Assembly (NCBI RefSeq): GCF_037042905.1
Contig: NC_087262.1
Location: 10,292,001 to 10,356,000 of the forward strand
DNA length: 64,000 nt
Source of the DNA: Lytechinus pictus
Taxonomy: Eukaryota
Direction: 5' to 3'
Part shown: positions 47,066 through 60,600 of the stretch, piece by piece
How positions within the stretch are numbered: the stretch's first letter is position 1
Layout: each line of letters opens with the position of its first letter
Position numbers and translations under genes: made by a program
The notes under the pieces: generated by a model
The model's database searches: none
What the model was told of the DNA's origin: nothing
What the model saw: only the letters and a program-made list of their open reading frames with translations

Positions 47066-48020
47066 GTTAGACAGCTGGCAACCGTCTGTTTCGAGAAGTT
47101 TTTTTTAACATTTTAAATTTTGTTTAATTCTCCTCGTACACACGTCACAAGACGGCTCGTGATTGTGCAGCCGCCATAGAGCCTTTAGAGGGTAAACATA
47201 AATAACAATGCAAACTCCTCCCGATAGGGCTCATGGATTTTTGTCTTTATTTCTTAAAAATATACAAAAAGAACTGGACCTAAATAAAGATTAGTATTCC
47301 GTTTTGGCCTGAAGTGCACCTAAACGGGGAAAAATAAACTTAAAACTGGGGAAAAATAAAAAAACAGTGACTTACTTTGGCTGTCACGCAACTTCACATC
47401 CCTGTTTTATCCGAACTTAAGACATAAACATAAAGTGTATGGCCATCGAGTCCTCTGTACAGATCGAGCTAGAACTTCGGTCTCTGTATTTGGTGAGTGG
47501 AGCCAACCAACCAACATACATGTAAATGTAACAGAGACCGAAGCTTTTTTTTTAAGTTTTAGTCTAGTTAGACAGCTGGTAGCCGTCTGTTTCGAGAAGT
47601 ACTTTTTTAAACATTTTAAATTTTGTTTTAATTCTACACACGTCACCATGATTAATAGACGGTAGCGATTGTGCAGCCGCCATTATTAGGGGGTTAACAT
47701 AAATAACAATGCAAAAACCCCTGACGGGCTCATGGACCAAAATAAAGATTAGTATTCCGTTTTGGCCTGAAATGCACCAAAACGGGGAAAAAACTTACTC
47801 AAAAGGAAAAAAACAGTGACTTTGATAGTCTACTTCGCAAGCTTCGGCTGTCGCGCAACTGCCACTTCGAGCTTCCCTGGTTTTTCCAAACTTAATACAT
47901 AAACATATGGCCATTGAGTCCCTGTACAGATCGAGTTAGAACTTTGGTCTCTGTAATTGGTGAGTGGAGCCTACAGAGTTCAGCGGAACAACCAACATAA
48001 CAGAGACCAAAGTTTTGGTC
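47066..48020. repeat. about 500-bp tandem duplication (2 copies) upstream of the LIN54 coding region
   Basis: gttagacagctgg..ccgtctgtttcgagaagt at about 47066 and 47567; shared blocks through aaccaacata. Confidence 0.85.
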
Positions 48021-48919
48021 TACAGTACGTATGCATGTATGAATTCCTAGATTTTTTGGTATGAGTTTCCTATGAAAAAAAATGAATTAGAAATTTAGAT
48101 AATTTAGAGTAAAACTAAGTACCCAAATATTGGACACTTATATTAAGTTAAGCATAGATCTAAATTTAATTGGACCAAAACATCATTGTCCATTGAATCA
48201 AATAAAAATCATATGTACATGTAACGTTTGTCATTAGATCTATTTTGTCAGGGTTGGCGATTTTTTTTATAAAAAAAAAATAAATTGATAGGATTTATTT
48301 GATTTAAATCAATTTTTTTTTATTCAAATCAGATTTTTTTTTTTTTGACTATTTTCTAAAACAAAGTGGAAATACCAAAAATATAACCCTTACACTGAAA
48401 TCTTTTTAAAAATCATACATTTCACAACTAAAATTATTATTAACTTTTCTATTTCATAATTAAATCCAGCCAAAATGTAATTTATAAAGAATACATGTAT
48501 GCAGGTCTGTATAAAGTCATGACGAAGATGCTGTTTCCGCATCCTCTCGTGTCGGGTATTTAGCTCCTACTGACTGGTTTGGTCAAGTTGAGGAACTGCC
48601 TTGGTACAGCTAATAAGTTAGTGTTCCTATTCAAATATGAAATGAGGATCAGTTTCTTTGGAAGAATTCCATGACTCAGAGACTCATATTCTTGAAAGAG
48701 AAACATTCTTGATTTTCAAACTAAGGACTGAAAATCATGTGTTTAATAAAAAAAACTCCATTTAAAAAACAAATTTAAACCTCCTTTGGTATTTGAGCCA
48801 TGGTTGGAGCTTTGTTATTGTTTAAATCATTGATTTGCAAAGCTGTGTCTTATTGGGAAAAGTTGCAGGTTTATTTGAATTATTTCTTTTAGTACAATAA
48901 ACCAGGAGTTGTACATTGT

Positions 48920-50395
48920 ACTTGTACATGTTTCAATGGAAGTGATTTAAATCAATGATTTAACAAAAAAATCATAGTGAAAGTGGAGTAGGGGGCTAAG
49001 TGGTAACTGCGATAAAGGATTTATTCATGTTTTGATGATATATTGTTGATAAAAAATTTCTATTTTGAGTAAAAAAAAGTAAAACTGCCACAAATAAAAA
49101 AATTGTCAATCATTTGTACATGTTTTAATGGAAGTGATTTAAATCAACGATTTTTTTAAAAAATCATAGTGAAAGTGGAGCAGGGGGCTTTAAACCGCTT
49201 ATGAAGGAGAATGTTTTGATGATATATAGTTGATAAAATCTTTCTATTTTGAGGAGAAAAAAATAAAACTGCCACAAATAAAAATATTGTCAATCATTTG
49301 TACATGTTTGAATGGAAGTGATTTAAATCAATGATTTTTTTTTTAAAATCATAGTGAAAGTGGAGTAGGGGGCTTTAAACCGCTTATGAAGAAGAATGTT
49401 TTGATGATTATAAAGTTGATAAAATCTTTCTATTTTTAGTAAAAAAAAAGTAAAACTGCCACAAATAAAAATATTGTCAATCATTTGTACATGTTTCAAT
49501 GGAAGTGATTTAAAGGTCAAGTCCACCCCAGAAAAATGTTGATTTGAATAAATAGAGAAAAATCAAACTAGCATAACACTGAAAATTTCATCAAAATTGG
49601 ATGTAAAATAAGAAAGTTATGACATTTTAAAGTTTCTTTTATTTTTCACAAAACATTGATATGCCCAACTCGGTGACATGCAAATGAGACAGTCAATGAT
49701 GTCCCTCACTCACTATTTCTTTTGTTTTTTATTGTTTGAATAATATAATATTTCATTGTTAACAGATTTGACAATAAGGACCGACTTGACTGAACCATAT
49801 AGTATTGAAAATTGAAAATTTTACAATGTCATAACTTTCTTATTTTACATCTGATTTTGATGATATTTTTAGTATTGAACAATGCTTATTCCACATGTTC
49901 AGGGGGGAATAAATCGTTATTTCACTTGACAATCAGGAGAAAATTAGAATATTTCATATTTCATTCAATAAAATACAAAAGAAATAGTGGGTGGATGATG
50001 TCATCAGTCTCCTCATTTGCATACCAATCAGGATGTGCATATAACTGTTTTATGAAATTAAGCAAAATTTTAAAATGTCATAACTTTCTTATTTTACATC
50101 CGATTTTGATGAAATTTTTAGTGTTATGTTTGTTGGATTTTTGTCTTTTTATTCAAATCAATATTTTGTTGGGGTGGACTTGTCCTTTAAATCAATGATT
50201 TAAAAAAAATCATAGTGAAAGTGAAGAAATATAGGAGCGCCTTGAGCACCTAGCAAGGTGGATACGTGCACTATACAAATCCTATATATTACTTATTATT
50301 ATTATTGTCAATCATTTGTAATATGTTTCAATGGAAGTGATTTAAATCAATGTTTCTTTTTATTTAAATCATATGAAAGTGGAGTAGGGGGCTTG
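48920..50395. repeat. about 187-bp tandem array (about 5 units) interrupted by a MITE
   Basis: ggaagtgatttaaa at about 48938, 49129, 49313, 49501, 50333. Confidence 0.85.
49514..50186. mobile_element. Kolobok-like MITE, TTAA TSD
   Basis: TTAA|AGGTCAAGTCCACCCCA..GGGGTGGACTTGTCCT|TTAA; empty site visible in adjacent repeat units. Confidence 0.9.
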
Positions 50396-50953
50396 AAATA
50401 CTAGAAGATAATTTGGGATTACATCAGCTTACTCATTGCATATTCATGCAGAGAAATGTTTCACCGACATAATAATAGAAACTTTGTTTTTCCTGTTCTG
50501 ACTTTTATTAAATTTTCTCTTGTTCAGTTATGTTAATTTCAGCCTGGAGTACATGTACACCTTTAATTGATACCATTGTTACTTTTTAAAAATCATTTTC
50601 CACAGGTCAATCAACTGCCAATGTTGCTCAAAGTTAGTAAATTTCTAACTTCTCTGTTGTAGCTACTTTGCCTTTTCAGTTTGTTAAACTAAAGTGAGAA
50701 ATGAGAACAAGCTATCAGTCTGCTTTTAAGGGGATATTTGCATTTAATAATCTTTCAATCTTTTTTTTCCAGATTTTTCTTAAATGGCCAGTGAGCAATA
50801 CATGTATCTGATTCCTGAAAAATGTTGAAGGAAAAGGTTGCAAGTAGCTGATGGCATTATAGAGTGCTTGGAATTCCAGCTTGAGTGCTTGGCAAAAGCG
50901 TCAGCAATCTGCTGATTAAGTATACCTTGTCGACAGAGAATTGATTGGACATC

Positions 50954-51682
50954 ATGGCCGCAAATGGTGAGAAAACTGCAGGTGAGACGAATGGCAGTGA
51001 GGCCTCAGGAAACATCCTGATAAAACCTGATGGTGGTGATCACCAAGGCCAAAGTGGCAACCAGTCTGCAGGAACGGTTCGTCTTGTGAGTGGAGCCACA
51101 GGTGGAGGTGGCGGTGTCCCACTGCAAGTCCTGACCCCTCAGATGCTAGCGAGCCTCACACAGCAAGGACTCATCATCCAAAATGACGGCGATAGCAAAG
51201 GAATCCTGCAAGCCGTCAAACGGGCACTGCCGTCATCTTCTGCAGAGCAAACTGTAACAAAGGTTGTGATCACACGCAACCCTGGGCACAAAACGTCCTC
51301 AGCGAACGTGTCCGGAACGAACCCTTCGTTTAAATTGCAAGGTGATTCCAAGCTGCTGGGGAGTGGGTCGCCCATTAAGGTCATAACTGTGTCACAAGGA
51401 AGCAACATTCCAAAGGGTGTGGTCATTGCAAGCTCACCTAGTAAACAGACTATCGCTCCATCAAATAAGATAGCACTACCTCCCGTAAAAAGCCCTGGAA
51501 AGACAATCATGCTCGCGAGTTCCACAACACCGAAAAAGATTGCACCTGCATCGAACTCTGGCTCAGTGGGACAGACTATTTTAGTGAAGGGAAGCATGGG
51601 TTCGACTCCAGGAACAATCACATTGAGCTCGGGGGCTGTAGCCAAAGTCATCAATGTTATGAACACAACCGTTGCCTCATCA
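50954..51682 (+). CDS. LIN54: LIN54 first coding exon (low-complexity N-terminus)
   Basis: atcATGG context; 243 codons; TCA|gtaagt donor; upstream acceptor ttttttttccag ending 50772. Confidence 0.85.
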
Positions 51683-54600
51683 GTAAGTATACAGTATAAA
51701 GTACATGAAGTTACCATTCAATTATGTTTATGTCATCTTCGCAAAATATTTTTTTTTTTAAGGGACTTTACATTGACAAATCATGGGGAAATCAAGGCTA
51801 ATCTAAAACAGAGAAGGGATTCAAGTCATTCACTCGGCTGCATGCCTGGGGTGTTACGTAATAGACGCCGGCGTGTCTGGGAGGTCTAATTTTAGGAGAG
51901 CAATAGTTAGTAGACTAACCAACCAGAAGTAAACTGCATGTTTTCACTTTGAAACATGTAACTCCACAGAGGTTATTTATTTTGCTTTAGCAATCAAGAG
52001 ACCTGCTATGAGTCTAGGAATTGGGATTGTTGGAAGCTAAAACTGCGACGACCCGAAGTAAATAACCATCGGTCAAATTCGTGTGCTGTCCGAATTTTAT
52101 TGCATTAGTCCGATGGGCGCTCATGACGGACGGATTATATTATGCAAGTCAATTGGCCTTTTGCAAATTTCGTATCGATTCAATTTCCCCATGATTCGTC
52201 AGTTGCCAGGCCCTTTAATATACATCCCAGCAAAAATAATAATAATACATAACCTTTATAAGGCGCTTACTACGGGTGTTCCAAGCACACTGTGTTCTGT
52301 TTATTTTTTAATGCTTTGGAGAAAACAAAATGACACAACTAATACAGTATGTACAACTTATACTAATTATCTAAACCGATGTGCACCTCCAATTGACTGA
52401 CCCACAACTGAATCATCTATTAAACAGGTAGGTTTTGAGTAGGGTCTTGAACTGACTAACAGACTTGGCATTGTGAATGTAAGAGAATAATAATAATAAT
52501 AATGCAGTTCTTCTATAGCGCATTTCAGACCTGACAGGACTCTCAATGCACTTTACAGAAATAGAAATAATACAACATAAGGAATTACTTAGAATAACAC
52601 TTAAACAACATCATCAGTTACATATGGCATATAAATATTGGAAAAGGTCTATTTGAATGCTTCATTAAAGAGAAGTGTTTTAAGTTGGGATTTGAAAAGT
52701 CCAGGATTATTTTGTGATAGGAGAGTACTGGGGAGGGAATTCCAAAGGGTTGGGGCACTGTAGGAGAAGGACCTTTCACCATGCATCTTAGTTCTTAGTC
52801 TGGGTAGTTGAAGGAGTTGTTGAGTTGATGATCTAAGTGTCCTAGAGGGGGTGTATGGAGAAACAAGTTCAGAAATATGTTGAGGGGCAAGACCATGGAC
52901 AGCATTAAATGTTATTAGAAGGACTTTGAAGCGAATTCGTGATTTGATGGGTAGCCAGTGAAGTTCTTTGAGGATTGGGGTGATTTGGTTGTGTTTCTTG
53001 GATCTTGGAGAAGAGGGTAGCTTGTTCCAAAGAGAGGGGGCAATTGAAGAAAAGGCACGGTCACCATATTTTGTAGAGGTTCGAGGTCCAGGAGTTAATT
53101 GCATCGTAGACGATGAACGGAGAGGTCTTGAGGAGATACTAGGGCGTAAAGAAATGAGATCTGTAAGATATTTTTGGGGATTGGCCATTGAGAAATTTGT
53201 AGGTATTAAAGAAGGAGAACTTTGAAAGAGATACAGTGATGTCTGGGGAGCCAATAAAGGGGACACAGAGTTGGGGTTATGTGCTTGGATTTCCTTCTGA
53301 GAGAGACTAATCTAGCAGCAGAGTTTTGAACCCGTTGAAGTGGAACAAGGTACAATGTATGTATGAGGGAGGTTGGAAAATATTGAATTGCAGTAATCTA
53401 GGTCACAGGAAACGAATGCATGTGTTAGTTTGGCAGTTATGGGTCGGTCAAGTAATTTCCTAATCTTTCAAATTTTGAAAATAAATGTTGAACCTTAGAA
53501 CCCCATACTCCAACATGGCTTTTATGTGGTCAAGTGGTTTGTTGATGTCTTGCACCTGAAAAATCCTAACTATACATGTCTGTTAGTTTCCAGTTAAATT
53601 GCATTGTCAACATCTCATCACAAAAGAAAATCCAAATATATTGTATATCTCGGCACTGGAGGTAAACAGATGTACAGTACATCTATCAGTATCATTGCAA
53701 ATATTTCTTTATTTTTGTTTGCTATTATTACTTTTACTTCATAAGAGTTTGTTTCAAAATGCTGTTGTGCACATGTAGTATATCCTGTGGAATTTGAACT
53801 TTTCGAAAACTGAATTCACCTCAATAAAGGAAACCAAAACCAAAGGAGAGAAACAATCTCATTGGAAAGAGTAAAATGAGAGGAACAATTTAAAACAAGT
53901 TTCTCAAAATCAGTTATGAAATAACAAGTTATGGACGTTTAAATGGTCTTGTTGTTCTTTATACGGGATCCTCAAATTGGCAAACATGCTTTAAAATGGC
54001 TGAGTTTGTGGACAACTCTCCATTTGTTTTGTACACAATTTTTTCAGATTTTCCCTATTATCTTTAAAGTTGCATATTGCCTCATTCTGAGCATAATATA
54101 TGTCATGGGAAAATATAATTCACACCACATATGTCAAGGTCAGGAGGAGATGATGTGAAATATGGAAAATAAAGGAGGAAATCTTAAAATATGTGTACAA
54201 AATAAATGGAGGGTTGTCCACAAAATCAGCCATTTTGAAGCATTTTTGCCAATTTGAGGATCCCCATAGAAAGTACACGACTTTTCAAACTTCCATTACT
54301 CGCTTTAATATTCTATAACCGATTTTGATGAAACTTGTTTTAATTTGTTCATCTCATTTACTCTTTCCAATAAGATTGCTTCTTTTCTTGGGTTTTGGTT
54401 TCCTTTAAACCAAAAATATACAAGACTGGATGATTTGAAGTTCGATGTTGACCTTTTCTTTTAGTATTGATGTTGGGTCAATTTTAGCATCAAAATAAAA
54501 ACAAATCTTAGACTGGTCATGAGAAAATTCTTACTCGATGTTGAGCTATCAATAGTGTGATTTGGACTGTTTTTATAATCAAACAGTTTTTGAGCTATGA

Positions 54601-57600
54601 ACAGCTAGCTAAGGCCCCTGTTACATATGCTTCGGGTGTAAAATTGATCTCGATGCCTGCGTTGGAGCCACCATCACTCCTGCAATTTGGAGCCACCTCA
54701 TGATCAATAAATGAGTGTTACACATGGTCTGAGGCCCGCAGTTGTGTGGTTGTATTGTTTCCGCATGGTTTGTTGCAAAAACTATTGTTTGCTATCACGC
54801 CACTTCTGCCTTTGTTACACATACCAATTTGCGGGACTGATGCTGGACTGTACTGTATATCCAGAGGTGGACTCAGGTTCAGCTGGCGTTAGTGCGGCTT
54901 TAAACACGTAAATCGAGCCGCCTCCAGGACTGGCCTCAGTCCATTTTCGAGGCATTTGTAACAGGGGCCTATAGATATCTGGCTTCCAACGCCAATACTT
55001 TACTTGCCATTGACAAGTCTTTGTGTTGAAGTGATTGGCTAACATTTTGTGATTGAATAAAAAAAAACAAGAAAACAAGGACATTGTGATGTATGGAAAT
55101 GCCTAGCGTTATGCAATATTATGATTGTTTGAAAATAGCGATCTGATAGTATCATACTATAATGCCAGGAAGTGCTTCTAAATTTAGTTTAAAAAAAAAA
55201 ATTAAACAAAATTCTGTTTCAACTCCAGTCCTTCTGACATTCATTTTAATTTTGTGTTTAGATTTAATAAACATGATATTTTATTAATAACGATATGAGC
55301 CACACTGGATAGTATGAAAACAAATCTTAATGTCTCATATTAAATGAGATTAATATAATGGGCACTTGTATTGTGGATGTACATGTATTTGTCACATTTG
55401 TACACTTATGGCATTTAGATTTTTTTTTTTTTTGGGTGGGGGGTTGTGTGGTTCAGGTGTTATTTGTATAATTACATGTACATGTACAGTACATTGTTTG
55501 TTGACTTTTTATTTAGACTATATTTATACATTAAGAATAGACATACTTGCATTGTGGTTTTACATACGTGTACATGTTGATGGTACATGATTTGTATCAA
55601 GTGGGGAAAAGACCTTATATACATGTACAGTGCGTCCCAGAAAAAACAAAACAATTGTAAAGCTTTATTAGAGTCTCCTCTTTCATTCTTCTTTAATGCA
55701 TGAGTGAGCAAAAACAATTTGAAGAAAGAAAAGCAAAAAGTCACTTGACGGGCGGTATCTGAGTTTCAAAAAGAAAATCACATTTTTTAAAAGTTCAATA
55801 TCTGCTCTTTAATTTGATACTTCATTTACAGAAAACTTTCAAGAAAAAATAAAGTTCTGTTTATTTGAAATAAGGCTTGAATTCCAATAGTTTCATCAAA
55901 TGAAGAGGTATTACAGGATAGCTTTCAGACTTCCTTGACACTCTGTTTTGTTGACGATCAGCCATGCAGAAAGTCTTTGTTAACCATGCATTTTCTGCGA
56001 TTTACATGTAGCTATCAAATTAAAGAGCAGATATTGAACTTTTTATTTTATGCATGTAATTTCTTTTTTGAATTTAATACCCCCGCCAAAAGACTTTTTG
56101 CTATCCTTTCTTCACATTGTTTTTACTCACTAATGCGTGAATGAGAAATCTTGTACACATATATTTTATACCATCTGAAAGCAGAGATTCTAAGCTTTAC
56201 AATGATAGGTCATTTGTATATTGTATTTGTGATTAAAATATGATAAATCATCGCTAAACCTAGGTTTCGTTTTTTTGTGGGACGCACTGTATATAGGTAG
56301 TGGTTTTTATAGACTGATGGCAACTCCATGCTAAAGTTGCTGGGATAACGACTCTCCTGTCATTAAAATTGTGTGGGTTTAACGTTTTCAGCAGGTATCT
56401 GGAGTCGCTCCTGGCTCGGCTGTCCCTGTTCAGATCCACACCGCAGGTCAAGTGCAGCCCCAGCTAGCCCCAGGTGTGACCACCCTCAGACCAGCAGGCA
56501 ATCTCCCCGGTCAAGGGAATGTTCAAGCGGTCAGTATGCCAGGGAAATCCTTTCCAATTGTCCGACTCGTGACCGTATCAACAAACACCACCACCACTGC
56601 ATCACAAGGTAATGAAATATAAAAAAAATACTTATTTTTATGAGTATTCATTATTTAATGAAAAATGTCTTTGGTTATATAAATGAATGGACAGTACGTG
56701 CTTGGCAATATGTGTGTATTATGTAATTAACACGTGTATTGCCCATCGGTAGCCAGATCTAGGACTTTAAAGGTCAAGTCCACCCCAGAAAAATGTTGAT
56801 TTGAATTGATAGAGAAAAAATAAAAAGCATAGACGCTGAAAATTACATCAAAATTGGATGTAAAATAGAAAAGTTATGACATTTTAAAGTTTCGCTTATT
56901 TTTCACAAAACAGAGTCCATGATGTCCCTCACTAACTATTTTGTTTTTTATTGTTTGAATTATCCAATATTTCAATTTTTTTAGATTTGACAATAAAGAT
57001 CAACATGACTGAACCACTAATTGTTAAAACAATGGTACACATGTAATTCACATGTTCAGGGAGGAATAAAACTTATTATTACATGACAATGAGGAGAAAA
57101 TTGAAATATTTCATATAATGAAATACAAAAGAAATAGTGGATGTTGTCACCGGTCCCCTCCATTGCATACCGACCAGGCTGTGCATATTACTGCTTTGTA
57201 GAATAAAGTGAAATTTTAAATTGTCATAACTTTCTGATTTTACATCCGATTTGGATAAAGTTTTCAGTGTTGCGCTTGTTGGATTTTTCTCCTTTTATTC
57301 AAATCAACTTTTTGGGGTGGACTTGTCCTTTAAGTTTTAGGCGCTTATAACGATATACTTGTACATGATACTGTACAATGTAGTCACTTTCAACTCTTTG
57401 TTTGTGACATGAAATGTACACACAAAGTTGCCTAACCTAACCATTGACAAGACCCACACTTGCACATAGATTTGTGACACTCTAGATGTATACATATAGA
57501 TCATCCCCCCCCCCCCCCGAACAATATATGTAGACTCACTGCTGGAAACACCATCTTGGGCTGAAGCCAGGGTTATGAGTCTTTGAATAGACCACTAGAT

Positions 57601-60600
57601 AAACAATGCTTTACAAATACATTCATATTATTATAATGTGCAACATTTATATCGTGCTTAATAATACAATGTTTCATAGCACTTCATACCATTACCGTGG
57701 TTTTAGCACAGCTACTCTGATCAAGCACTCAAGCATTCAATGAATTTCTTCCTATCAGGTTACCGATTTGCTACACTTGGGCGGATAGTTGCAAATGTAG
57801 ATAAATGCATTGTCAGAGGATGGGAGTGCCGCAGTTGGATTGAACCCTTGACCTTGTGCAAAGTCCAGAGACTTATCCACTGAGCTACAACACCTCTCCA
57901 AATAATAATTTTTATTATGTGTTTCTATACAGCTAAGCCAGTCATCCAGCTGGCCAATGCCAAGCCCATTGCTCCAGCCCCTGTCATAGCTCAAGCCCCA
58001 ACCCCCGCTCAGGCCCAAACCCTCTCTTCCTTGACCACACTGACCTCCACTGGTCAAGTGGGAGGGGCAGCCCCCAGGACTATCAACATACCCATAGCAC
58101 CGGCTCAGGTAAGTTTGTTGACCTTTGTACTAATGTACTAGTTTGTTCACCTTTGTAGTATTGAGCAAAGGTATCCAATGATACAAATACTAGTTTACAA
58201 CATAAAAATCTGAACTTGTTAAGCAAGACCAAAAGGGTCTTTTATCAGTGAGTTCAAGAAAAGTGATTCTGGGCCCGGTTGCATAAAAAAGACTTTAATG
58301 GTAACTTTTCCATCCAATGGTAAATTCCCTGAAATCCTGATTCTGATTGGCTGATGAGCATTGTTACCATGGTAGTTACCATTGGATGGCAAAGTTACTT
58401 CTCTAGTAACTTTTATACATCAGGACCCTGATGTAAGTAAGTTAAGAAATTATATTTTCATTTTCCGAGCTATAGCCGGGGTAATAATAACAACGCGCCT
58501 CAGAATAGAATATTTCTAGATAGATGGTGCTATATAAATGACCATTATTATTATTATTGACCCTTAAAGTATACTATTGAATAAAAAGATTTAAAATCCA
58601 ATTTATTCCACTCAATGTTTCAATAAGTAGATAGCTGTTGATAAAGGCTCATAATAATAAGAAACACCCCTAATTTATATTCTCATAATTTCAGTATATT
58701 GTATTGTATTTGTAAAGATGCCACACCTATTCAGCATCAATATCAATTTCTTCATTTGTAATAGTAAAAATACATTGTCACTCCCCATTCCAGAATGTCA
58801 ACAAAGGCACTGCGCAAGGAGGGACTGGTAACCAGCCACGGTTCATTATGCCGGCCAATGCCCAATTGAAGATCATCAATGCGGGAAAACTAGCACCAGG
58901 CACCACGCTGTTATCGGCAGGCGGCAATCTACTGCAGAGCTACGCCGTGATACCGGCTCACTACCTTTCACAGGTGAGTGTGTTTTATCACGCCCTCTGG
59001 AGGTGAAGGTGGGACTAAGGGATGTGTGGAGCATTGTGGCTTAGTGGATTAGTCCCTGGACCCTGAATGATAATAATAGTAACGGTATATTTACCCATTG
59101 TAGCCACTTCAGTTCTGAAAACTGTTCTCCCAGCGGGTCCTGCTATTATTAAACAGAGGGTCAGGGGTTTGAATCATTATCGCAGTAATCCTGCATTTCT
59201 TCCTGAATTCCATTTTTTTTTCCTCAGTTTTCTGTATCATGGAAAACCAGGACTCTATGGTAAAGCGAAATATATTAATTTTCATCATATTCATAATGTT
59301 CGCTTTCAGACGACGTCGAGTCAAGCGCAGGTGACCACCCAGTCCAGTTCTTCCTCCTCATCCTCCCAGTCCAGTAGCACCAGCAACATCCAGCCATCAC
59401 AGCCCCAGCCGGCCCCCATCAAACACCCCAGCACAGCCAATAATGGGTAAGTGGCACACCAGCCGTGTGTGGAAATGGCCACTTGTGACCTGCCACCCTT
59501 AAACCAACAATAAGTCACTCTTAATGATTTTTGTCTTGCCTGCATAGCAGAGCGAGACTATAGGTGCTGCTTTTCCGACGGCGGCGTCAAAACATGAAAT
59601 CTTAACCTACATGTAAGGTTAAGTTTTTTAAATGACATCATAACTTCGGAAGTATATGGACCTAGTTCATGAAACTTGGACATGAGGGTAATCAAGTATC
59701 ACTGGAAATCCTGTGCAAGTTTAAGGTCACATGACTAAGGTCAAAGGTCATTTAAGGTCAATGAAATAAGGTCAATGAAATTTGGCCATGTTGGGGGTAA
59801 TTGTTGAATTGCCATCATAACTTTAAAAGTTTATGGATATAGTTCATGAAATGTGGACATAAGGATCAATGTCATATGTCAATTAGGGTCAATTGAAGCA
59901 GTATTATATTACCGGTATTATATGAATAGTGTTTTTTGTGAATAATTATTTTATAGTTATTTTCAAAGTCAGCACTGCTGCTATATTGAATCGTGTAATG
60001 CAGGCGAGACTGTCAGAGGCGCTCCACTCGTTTAGTATTTCATTGTGTTTTAAACAGCACATCTTAAGCTTTAAAATTATACATGGTTTGTCTTAATTGA
60101 TCAACAATAACCCACACAATTACTTGATTAAATGTAGAAGAATTCAGTAAGAGTAAAATAAATTGATACAGTAGTTGACATGTGGTAAATGTTCATAATT
60201 GGTGTAACATGACATTTGCTCCTGTGACAATTGCTCCAGGCTCAATCTTGTTTAATAAGATGTAGGGTTAGAATTATGGTTGCAATAGGGTTTTGTGTTA
60301 GATTTAGGGATAGGTTTAGAGTAGGGTATAGTGTTAAACCTTGAGTTGAAGTTGGTCATTCGATTAGTATGTGGAATTCAGAGTGGAGCAATTGTCGCTA
60401 GAGCAAATATCACGGAACCTTACTTTGATAATCAGATGGTTTTAATTGCTCTGATTTGTGCCACAGTAAGATATGACTGCAGTGACTAAATCTAGGTGTC
60501 CATAAAGCAATTATCCTACAAGAATTTGCAATGAAATGCATTGCAAATTACGTTTCCAGTTAGATGAACATGAGGGGGTTTAACGAGCACTTTTCACTAT

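Noticed and set aside
51139-51717. 192 aa antisense ORF, also 62724-63293 and 28667-29257
   Set aside because: Shadow frames opposite real GC-richer exons; no independent evidence.
52649-53266. 205 aa ORF as a host gene
   Set aside because: Chimera of two nested L2 3' fragments with frameshifts upstream.
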